64,000 nucleotides of DNA from NCBI GenBank assembly GCA_964016885.1, contig OZ024744.1, positions 93,248,001 through 93,312,000 on the forward strand. Direction: 5' to 3'. The notes below the pieces were generated by a model. That model was not told the DNA's origin. It saw nothing but the letters and a program-made list of their open reading frames with translations, and did not search any database. The stretch comes from Eledone cirrhosa (lineage: Eukaryota). How positions within the stretch are numbered: the first letter of the stretch is position 1; every line of letters starts with the position of its first letter. Made by a program: the position numbers and the translations under genes. Positions 54,471 to 64,000 of this stretch are shown here, piece by piece.

Positions 54471-55092
54471 TTTATAGGACTTAAAATAAAATACTAAGTA
54501 GTGGGGATCGATACAATCGATTTTCTCCTTCCTCAAATTCCTGGGCTTATTATTTTAATTTCTCGTTTCAGAAATATTGAGATGATGAAAGATAAATTTC
54601 CTCTTGTTGTTTAACTCCAAGTCAACTTTGATCCAGTAGATATATGATAAAAGGGGTTCCAGTCGCGTTCGTCCATCTTTTAACGGTATATAGTACTAGA
54701 TTTTCTAATGTGTCCTTCTTTGTTTTTAAGACAAGGGTATAATTTGAATGAAATTTGGTTGCTATTTCTGGCAGAAACCAGGTAGAAGCTCCATCTATGG
54801 CTTACCTCCCTTTGTTTAGCTTGTTGCAGGTCATTTACAAAGGTAAATTGAATTCTGTACATGTCAGTAAATTTTTACGTCTCACTTCAGTGAATAGTTT
54901 TAGCTAAGTCATGCGATATTTTTTAGGTAGGTAGACAGGAACTCTGCCTTAGTCACAAAACGTGGTTACTACTGACAAGGGTATACTTTCGTTATCGGTA
55001 CGTGGATTTGTCTTTCAATTTATTTTATGTTACAGAATTTTAGTTTCATTATTACGTGTGTATTATATTATATTATATTATATTATATTATC

Positions 55093-55378
55093 GAGGTTGA
55101 CTTTGCCTTTCATCCTTACGGGGTCGATAAAATAAAGTACCAGTAATGCACTGGGTAATTGCTGGCCTTGTGCCTAAAGTAGAAACAATTATTTGGATTG
55201 GCAGTATCGGTGGAGGGTCGGATGTCATGCTTTCCAGCATAGTTACGTCCCTTTACGATCTGAGTTCAAATCCCGCCGAGGTTGACTTTGCCTTTCATCC
55301 TTACGGGGTCGATAAAATAAAGTACCAGTAATGCACTGGGTAATTGCTGGCCTTGTGCCTAAAGTAGAAACAATTATT
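55093..55378 (+). mobile_element. SINE family 1: 5'-truncated copy followed by a full copy
   Basis: Identical cores at 55093 and ~55278. Confidence 0.85.
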
Positions 55379-55584
55379 ATATATATATATATATATAACG
55401 AAGGAAGTGTGGTAAGGAACCAGGTGGACCATAACGTACCAGAGTACTCGATACTATGGGTAGTAGAATGGGTAATAGGAAAAAAGTCAGGACCCCGACG
55501 GCTGAGCTAGTTCAGAACTAGCTGTCGAAACGGCCAGAGCTCAGCCGTCGGGGTCCTGACTCTTTTCCTATTTATAATGTCATT

Positions 55585-55926
55585 GTGCGTGAACGACCGA
55601 GCATGGATATGTTGAGAGAGAAACTGTGTCTCAGAGGGATAAATTGTAGTGTGCAGGAGAGGAGACTGCGATGGTATGGACATGTGATGCACATGGAGGA
55701 TGACCGATGGGTGAAGAAGTACCAAGAAATGCCAGTTGAAGGAAGACGTAGTAGAGGTAGACCACGAAAAACATGGGCGGAGGTGGTGAGAGTAGACCTC
55801 AGATCGCTGAAGCTCACAGTGGAGATGACGAAGGACCGTGACAAGTGGAGAGATGCTGAGCTGAATAGGACCCGTCCCACCCTAGCAAGCAGGGAAAAGT
55901 GGACATAAAATGATGATGATGATGAT
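55585..55926 (+). pseudogene. RTE-type LINE 3' end with (GAT)n tail
   Basis: VQERRLRWYGHVMHM...VEGRRSRGRPRKTW...DRDKWR followed by GATGATGAT. The same tail family occurs at ~17200-17285, 23515, 37500, 40290, 56040-56200 and 63330-63490. Confidence 0.9.
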
Positions 55927-56491
55927 ATATGTGTGTGTATGTGAAGCATGTGTAATGTTTAATATGCAATAAAAACATTTTTTAGTGAAACTTAATTCTT
56001 TCATACACACACGCACACACACATATATATTCAGTTCACACTGTAAATGTGGTTGGTGTTAGGAAGGGCATCCAGCCAAAAGCAGTTCTCTATGAGCAAG
56101 ATATGGTCACCTGACCTGGCATTTCTCACAACAGGACAACTCATCTAATTCATGCTAGCATGGAAAAATGGAAGTTAAATGGTGATGATGATGATAATGA
56201 TATATATACATATATATATATACATATATGGAAAAGAATGAAATGAAATTTCATTACTCACTCTTAGTACGGCTGATACTTAAATGTAAGTATGTATACG
56301 TACATACATATATATATATACAGACATACAGTAGTATGTATATATACATACATGCACACATATATATATGTACGTATGGGTTTACCGAACATTTATCATA
56401 ATGTTCGGTTTGTTTGTAAACAAACATCCCGAACTAAGCCGTACAGTGTTCGGCAACCATCGTTGTCCTTTTGATCAACACTGACAAAGGA

Positions 56492-56534
56492 ACGATGAAC
56501 TAGTTTCAAGCTTATTAGCTATCGTCAGCATCGT
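56492..56534 (-). ncRNA. Type I minimal hammerhead ribozyme, family E
   Basis: Minus strand: ACGATG CTGACGA T AGCT AATA AGCT T GAAACTAGTT^CATCGT. Confidence 0.85.
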
Positions 56535-57103
56535 ATACCTTCCTGTCAGATGATTGAACGTTTGAAAGTATATACTTTCCTTATCCATATTAACGGCTGA
56601 GCAGCCTAATTTGCATATCGAGTGAGTTAGTCGGCCGGGCGCACCGAAAACGATAAATGGAAAAAATGAAATGAAATGAAATTTCTCACTCTTAGTACGG
56701 CTGATACTTAAATGTAAGTATGTATACATACATACATGTATACAGGTATACATGCATGTATGTGTCCAGTGGAAGTATAAACACCTTGGAGCATGCCAAA
56801 ATACAAATGAACACACGCAGATAATCACACACATAAATACATATAAATATAAACACACACATACAATATATATATACACACACACACACACATATATATA
56901 TATGTATATAAATATACACATGCACACACACACACATATATATATATGGGATAACAAATTATCGTTATAGGTAATCCAGTTAGAGGTTGTGAATACTCCG
57001 TATTGTGAATAGTTTTAGTGTACACCGTTGTTTGACTCAACAAGAGGTTTCCTTAGGTAGCGAGTTAGCGAGTTCTCGGGAATTCCTAATTCTTGGAGTA
57101 ATA

Positions 57104-57461
57104 ATAGTGAAAGAGTGAAGAATAACATGGTCAACAGTACAAAAAGGGTTTTATTTACAGTATTACCAATTGTTTCATTAAGGTGTCTAAAAATTGCTAA
57201 TCACTTGAAGTTGTGTCACTCAATTTTAAATACAATGTATGCTGAATCAAATCATCAGAAACTGATTAAAATTATACACAGCATTTTAATTTTAATCAGT
57301 TTGTGATGATTTGATTAAGCATACATTGTATTTAAAATTGAGTGACACAACTTCAAGTGATTAGCAACTTTTAGACAACTTAATCAATGAAACAATTGGT
57401 AATGCTGTAAATAAAACCCTTTTTGTACTGTTGACCATGTTATTCTTCACTCTTTCACTAT
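57104..57461. mobile_element. Penelope-like fold-back element, family F, with ~170-bp inverted arms
   Basis: Arms at ~57104-57272 and ~57288-57461; truncated copy at 39683-39800; abuts (TA)n. Confidence 0.8.
57158..57264 (-). ncRNA. Possible hammerhead with an expanded stem II
   Basis: Minus strand: CAGTTT CTGATGA TTTGATTCAG...(long)...CTTAAT GAAACAATTGGTA^ATACTG. The plus-strand copy has the core mutated to GTGATGA. Confidence 0.5.
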
Positions 57462-58636
57462 ATATATATATATAATGAAGGAAGTGTGAGTGTGGTAAGG
57501 AACCAGATGGACCATAACACACCAGAGTACTCAATACTTAGGGTAGTAGAGTGGGTATATATATACACATAAAATATACATAAAAATATGTGTTAGGTGA
57601 TTCCGAAGAGAAAGCAAAGGAAAAAACGAGTGCTTTATGTATAGAACAGAGCTGTAAAAATAAGGAAATGAAATTGAAATACTACTGGAGTCTTTTAAGA
57701 ATATTTATTTACTTTACACAGTTCTTATGATTTTCAAAAGTAAAATTGAGATGGAGAGTTTGTGTTTCTGTTGTGGTTTGTCTCATATCTAGTTTGAGTT
57801 TGAAAGTTCTTTCTGTTTTATACGAAAAAGGGGGCTCAAGTTGCTATTTCTTTAAGATGTAATTTGGTTGGTTGATGACTGTCATGTGATTAGGTACAGT
57901 AAATTTTGAGCCAGAAAAAGTGGCTCAAAATTGTATTTGCCATTTTATTTGTTGTTGACAGTTACATGATTGGGCATAGTAATTTATGCACCATAACATA
58001 AACTAAAAGTACTGAAATAGAAAGAAAGAGTGAAAGTCAATTCACATACCAATACCTTGACATGTTTCCTCTTAATTTTAGTAATTCATTAACGCAATTT
58101 TTGTTTTTTCTCTAAAGTGACAAGGAACATTTTGTGCACATGTGGACAGCTTAGAAGAATAAAACCTGCTGATTGCAGCTGTTTGGTCACAAACAGCTCT
58201 GTTGATCCAACTACAATCATTTAGTAAAGATACTATAAACATCTGAATTAACAAACCCATTTTTATATATTTTCTGTTAAATCATTACAGGATGTTAAGA
58301 GATGATACTGAAATTTTCACAACAATCTGTCCACCAGTAAATATACTATAAATATTTGAATTAACAAATATCTTTTATTATTACAAAATCAACTGTGTAA
58401 ATAGGATTAACAGTTACCATGTTAGTTGTGGTATCAACTGTGTGTAGCTCTTAGCAATCATTACAGCACAGCCCATTATGTGTATGATCAGACTTGAGCA
58501 GTCCCTACCTCTTGGTACAGCAACCTTTAGGTGTGGTAGCAACCATGTGTAGCCCTCAACTATCAGTACAGCACATCACATTGATTGTATGATCAGCCAT
58601 GGACAGCCTCTAACTTTTAGTACAGCCTCTAAATTT

Positions 58637-59010
58637 TGTCACCTGTGAGCAGTCCCTAACTCTTGGTACAGCAAGCTTTAGGTGTGGTAACAGTTGATAC
58701 CACAGTTCACCAGATGTTAGCTGTAGTGTCACCTGTGAGCAGTCCCTAACTCTTGGTACAGCAAGCTTTAGGTGTGGTAACAGTTAATACCACAGTTTAC
58801 CAGATGTTAGCTGTAGTGTCACCTGTGAGCAGTCCCTAACTCTTGGTACAGCAAGCTTTAGGTGTGGTAACAGTTGATACCACAGTTCACCAGATGTTAG
58901 CTGTAGTGTCACCTGTGAGCAGTCCCTAACTCTTGGTACAGCAAGCTTTAGGTGTGGTAACAGTTGATACCACAGTTCACCAGATGTTAGCTGTAGTGTC
59001 AGCTGTGAGC
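58637..59010. repeat. 90-bp minisatellite, ~4.1 near-identical units
   Basis: Units start at 58637, 58727, 58817, 58907 and 58997; a diverged relative lies at ~58495-58560. Confidence 0.95.
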
Positions 59011-59741
59011 TGTCATCAATTAACAGGTGTGAGCATCCTTCAGTTGTCATCAAGTAATCTCACTACATGCTGTAACAAGGCTGCATAATTAAAAGGTAGG
59101 TCTGGTGAGAGAGAAGTCAAGCTACTGGACCCAAGACAAATAGATGTATGTAAGAATAGAGTGGCTGTCTTCATACGAAAGGGTTAACAATGCTGACACA
59201 TACATACACACACACCACACAGCTAAACAGTTTATGCAAGAAGTGGGACCAAATACTTGATTCAGCTACCTTCACACAATCTAAAAACATAATTGTAAAT
59301 CTGTCTAGATGAATAACAACCCAGACTGAACCCAAAACCAAGTGGTTGCGATGCAAATTACTTAACCACACAGCCATACCTGCACTAGTATCTTAATATA
59401 CCTGATCTATCATCGACAACAATGACCCCAAGTTTTACTCCTCTTGCAGACAATGTTTTTACTTAATACAAACGACTATTTATTTATCATGGACACAGCG
59501 TAACCGAATAGTTAAGAAGTTCACTTCCCAATCATTAGGTCCCGGTTTCAATCCCACTACATGGTATCTTGGCCAAAAGTCAATTACCATACCTTCGGGT
59601 TAACCAATGCTTTATGAGTGGAATTGGGTCGATGGAAACTGTTTAGAAACTTGTCAGATTGTCTGTATTGCACCTGCAATTCAAAGCTTGTGGCTTTGTC
59701 AGACACTATAACTCGCTGTATCTCCCTGAGAACTACGTTAA

Positions 59742-59949
59742 CCCTTTAGCATTTAAACCGGCTATATCAGGCCAGAATTCTCTCACCTCTTTCTGTTCAA
59801 ACTGGCTGTAACTGGTTGTTCATACTTATGTTAAGATATTGTTCTCAAAATAAATTATATCAAAATCTCATAGATTCGATATTATGTAAGGTAAAGCCTT
59901 TACTGTGAAAATATAATAGTAAATATAGAGAAATGTAAATGTTAAAGGG
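59742..59949. mobile_element. piggyBac-type MITE
   Basis: TTAA|CCCTTTAGCATTTA ... TAAATGTTAAAGGG|TTAA, inserted in a SINE. Confidence 0.85.
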
Positions 59950-60319
59950 TTAAAGGTGATAACTAGATGTGTCTATGGAGTGTTTAGCCACATACTCATT
60001 AATTCCATGAGCAGCCTATTCTGTTGATAAAACAACTGCATCACTCGTCAAAAATCAACTGAGTTTGATTCTGTCATACTTTTGTTGATCTGGAGAAAAT
60101 CATTGGTTACGTCCCTTATTTTATAGTTTGTTGTGTGTTGATAAACGGAATGGATGTCTTGTTTTTTGATAGCCGTTCACAACTGATGCAACATATATTC
60201 CTCTTGTTTTTTAATTTTTTTAATTTTAACCTCCTGTTCCACATGAAACCACATTAGCAAGATATTTTTTGAAACGTACAAAATAGCACTATGACTGTAT
60301 TGCATTAGAAATTAAAATT

Positions 60320-60775
60320 TTGACTCTAATACTGCAAATTTTTACAACAGTCTATCCATAGTACATATACTATAAACATTTGATTTAACAAACCTGTTTT
60401 TCAGTAATTTTCTGTTAAATTATTACAGGATTCTAAAAGCAAATACTGTGAATTTTCATAACAATCTGTCCAGCAATAAATATACTATAAACATTTGAAT
60501 TAACCCCCCCCCCACCACCACCACCACTTTTTAGACATTTTCTGCTAAGTTATTACAGCATGTTAAGTGCTAATACTGCAAATGTTCACAATAATTTGTC
60601 CACTAGTAAATATACTATAAACATTTGTATTAACAAACCTGTTTTTACAGGATGTTAAAAGCAAATACTGTGAATTTTCACAACAATATGTCCACTAGTA
60701 AAGATACTATTTGAATTAAAAAACAAACATTTTTAAAGATATATCTGCTGAATATTATACAATGTTAATAGTAAA
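60320..60775. repeat. Diverged ~115-130 bp tandem repeat
   Basis: Recurring AATACTG..AATTTTCACAACAAT.TGTCCA.TAGTAAATATACTATAAACATTTG; also at ~58225-58375. Confidence 0.75.
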
Positions 60776-61394
60776 AGTTGGCAGATTTATATGGAAGGAA
60801 GTCAAACTTAGAGTGTCTTTTATGCTTCAATCTCACTTCCATTGATTTTGGAATAAGGAATGAACCTCATTTTATTCTCTTTTTTTTTTCACATATTAAA
60901 ATTTTATCATTTCACTTCAAATTATACATATTCTTTTACTGGTTTCAGTAATTAGACTGCAACCATGAAAGGATTTAATGGATCATAATGACCATAGTAT
61001 TTATTTTTTCAAGTCTGGTATTTAGTTTATTAATCACATACCCCCACCCCCACACATAGAATCTGTCTTAAGCCATTTAAGGCTCATCAGGCCAGTGCTT
61101 ATTCTGGTTCCATGGCATGAAGCGACTGAGAGTACATGACTCCACCCTGGACAGGACCCCCAGCCCATCGCAGGGTCAAACCTTCATCTATTACTGGTAC
61201 TCAATTTCAGCTGAGTAGACTGGAGCAATGTGAAAATGAAATGTTTTGTTCAAGAACACAACATGCAACCCAGTCCAGGAATCGAACCCACAACATGATG
61301 GATGTAAGTCCAACACTCTTACCACTAGGCCACACACCTCCACACCCTCACATTTACAGAATATAAATACCATTATTCTTTTCCAGGAAATGTC

Positions 61395-61770
61395 AAGTAT
61401 TACTGCTAGTAAACACTAAAGTTTCTGTTATTGATTAGCCCAGATCAATTTTGATCAGTCAGACCTCTGATCAAAAGTATTACTGTTAGTAAGCAATAAA
61501 ATACGAGATTTCAATACATTGTTTAGCCCAGATCAATTTTGATCAAGCAAGACCTCTGATCAAAGATATTACTATTATTAATTAGTAAATTATGAGATTT
61601 TAAAATATTGATTAGCCCAGATCAATCTTGATAAAGCAAGACCTCTGATCAAAGGTATTACTGTTATTAAGCAATAAATTGTGAGATTTCAATATATTGT
61701 CAATTGTTTTTATTGATTAGCCCAGAGATCAATCTTGATCAAGCAAGACCTCTGATCAAAGATATTCTAA
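61395..61770. repeat. Diverged ~80-105 bp tandem repeat
   Basis: TTAGCCCAGATCAAT.TTGATCAAGCAAGACCTCTGATCAAAG.TATT x4. Confidence 0.8.
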
Positions 61771-62099
61771 TCATGACATCCGGTCTTTTTCTTTTATGCT
61801 AGTAACTTTGGAACCTATTAGCCAATTTGTACTTTTTCAAGACAGTAAAGGTGTGATTTGAAGAATATTTTGGTTGTTACTTCTAGCAATGTTTTAGGAA
61901 CTATATTGTAATATGAAGATTTGTGTCGCATTCAATTGGAAACTTTTTGAGAATAGGTTAATAGGTTGCAGGTGGTGGATAGCTATACGGCCACCAGATA
62001 TGATGGCTAGTTGCTACATAAGTAGGTAACTATTGGATGAATAAGCAGCCCTGGACTAACAGTGGTAAATTACTAGGGGAGATGGAGCAATGGGTGACA

Positions 62100-62460
62100 C
62101 CTGTAGCTCCCAAGAAAACTTTCACAACGCAGTGACGTAACTGACAAGGTGAGTAAAGGCTGCTTCTAAAAAAGCCTAGTTTTCATGAGTTTGACAAAGT
62201 ACCATATTGGAGACTGGCTCGAATAAGACTATTGAAACTGAAACTGCAATATCACGAGGAAAACAAAAAAGAACCATACCGCATCGTCCTTTGCTCGGAT
62301 TAACAAGGGACGCATTCGAGCCTAGGGTAGAGGGGCCTGTTCGAAAATATATTGAAATTTTACTGCCAGAAAAATTCTATAATGTGGATGAAACCACTTT
62401 TTTTCTGGAAATGTATGTTTAGTAAGAACTTAATCACACATACCAAAACCTCTATCCAGT
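62100..62460 (+). pseudogene. Tigger/pogo (CENP-B-like) transposase remnant
   Basis: EILLPEKFYNVDETTFF resembles the pogo/Tigger YNxDETGLF motif. Confidence 0.5.
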
Positions 62461-63784
62461 GGCATAAAGGAAATGAGAGACAGTGACGATTATAGGTTGC
62501 TATAATGCTGCAGAGGGGGATGGACTCTGCCAGGTTTTTAAGAAATGCACAATAAACACTGTATGTCACTATGGCACCGCTACCACACCTTCCAAGAGAT
62601 ATTGAGGACTCTGCTAGGTTTTTAGTTTTTAGGACATGCACAAGAAACACTGTATGTCACTATGGCACCCCTACCACACCTCCAAGACATTATGGGTTCT
62701 TACATACATACGATGCTGCAGCTACTCATATGTGCAAACTGTTAGTGGTCGGTAAAAGTGTAAAATCTTGTACCTTTAAAGGGGTTAAAATATTTTCTGT
62801 AATTTTCTGTGGTTATAAAAAAGAGTGGATGACATGCACAATTTTACCAGAGTAATACAAAAAGTAATTTATATCAGAAGCTATAGAGTAGGAAAATCTA
62901 GGAAGGCTTGGGATGAGATGATAAAAGCTCACTTTGCACAATTGCACCTCTCAAAAATGATGACACAGGATTGAGATTTTTGGGGTTATGCAATAGTGCA
63001 AAAGGCCCACCTTCCCAGGTGCATGGATTCAAGCATACATCTAGTATGCCCCACTTTCCCCTTTCCTCTGCCTTCCTAACACTCTACCTTCGTCCTAACA
63101 CTCCACCCTTCACTCATGTCATTACACCCCCACACTAGACCTACCTTTCCAATCCTCATGCTACAAGCATGTACCTCCACCACCCCCAGCCAAATGTCAT
63201 GTTGGCAATATGACAAAAAGTGCCCAGCTCACACTGTAAAGGTATCACGACAAAAAGCACCTAGTACACATTGTAAAGTGGTCATCTTGGTGCCATGATA
63301 AAAAGCACCTAGTCCATGCTCTAAATGTGGTTTGAATTAGGAAGGGCATCCAGCCACATAAACAAAGCTAGAAACAGTTCTGTATCAGCAAGACATGGTT
63401 ATCCGATCTGACTTGTCTCACAATGGGATAACTCATCTAACCCATGCTATTGTGGAAAAATGGAATTTAATGGTGATGATGATGATGATGATGCAATGGC
63501 CACATTGTAAAAGTGTGGGTCTGGCAGATAATTTCAATACTGTGTTCATTTTGAACCATTGTTCAGTCTCCCATAAACCTGAATGTCTTGTGATAAATGT
63601 TACTGTTGGGACTTATCTACCTTTAAATTGTATATCTCTTATTTAACCTTGTAATCATGGAATATTATGGTCATTAAAAACCAAATACACAATTTATTCA
63701 CCTTATATTACTTGATTATCAAGTGTTAAGCCTGTAAAAGATTGTCTTAACCTTTTAACATTTAAACCAGCCGTATCCAGCCAT

Positions 63785-63979
63785 TTCCATGTGTCTAACA
63801 CACGTGGACATGCCCACAAAGTAAGAAAACAGCACAGTTCCCATGACTTTTGGAAACATTTTTTCACGCTCAGAGTTGCTGAAGCATGGAACAAACTACC
63901 TGCATCAGTTGTTAGCTGTCGAGACACTGCATCCTTTAAGGCCTCCATGCTTCCCGAGATCCGCCAACAGAACAGCTAA
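63785..63979 (+). pseudogene. CR1/L2-type LINE 3' coding fragment
   Basis: TRGHAHKV...WKHFFTLRVAEAWNKLPASVV...SFK. Confidence 0.8.
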
Positions 63980-64000
63980 CACATACACACATGTACTTCC

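Noticed and set aside
23185-55378. tRNA genes at GAGTTCAAATCCC B boxes
   Set aside because: No cloverleaf; all continue into a shared SINE body.
39006-57043. YIYI/HTHT/VCVC-rich ORFs
   Set aside because: Translations of (TA)n and (CA)n microsatellites.
1-64000. Prokaryotic or phage system; autonomous Penelope ORF
   Set aside because: No operon-like gene density, and no GIY-YIG or PLE RT ORF is visible, so the PLE assignment rests on RNA motifs and architecture only.

Overview
AT-rich, repeat-dense eukaryotic (metazoan) DNA with no intact host gene recognisable. The SINE content, RTE/(GAT)n tails and (TA)n arrays suggest a mollusc, probably an Octopus-like cephalopod (inference). 1-11.3 kb is a three-level TE nest: a decayed autonomous Helitron (minus strand), a full-length decayed Gypsy LTR element inside it (TSD GAAAG), and a Buster/Charlie hAT inside gag (TSD GTTTAGAG). 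12-33 kb holds CRE- and RTE-clade LINE fragments, SINEs, MITEs, a non-autonomous Helitron, and a ~1.8 kb array of ~30 dyad motifs (CCAGGGGATATCCCCAAATGGCA) with variable spacers. 35-57.5 kb is the main signal: many short fold-back elements embedded in (TA)n microsatellites. They carry about 11 apparently intact type-I minimal hammerhead ribozyme motifs (stem I-CUGANGA-stem II-GAAA-short stem III-NUH-stem I') from several families, with stem covariation. This fits non-autonomous Penelope-like retroelement or retrozyme derivatives. All structures were read by eye; coordinates of diverged repeats are approximate.
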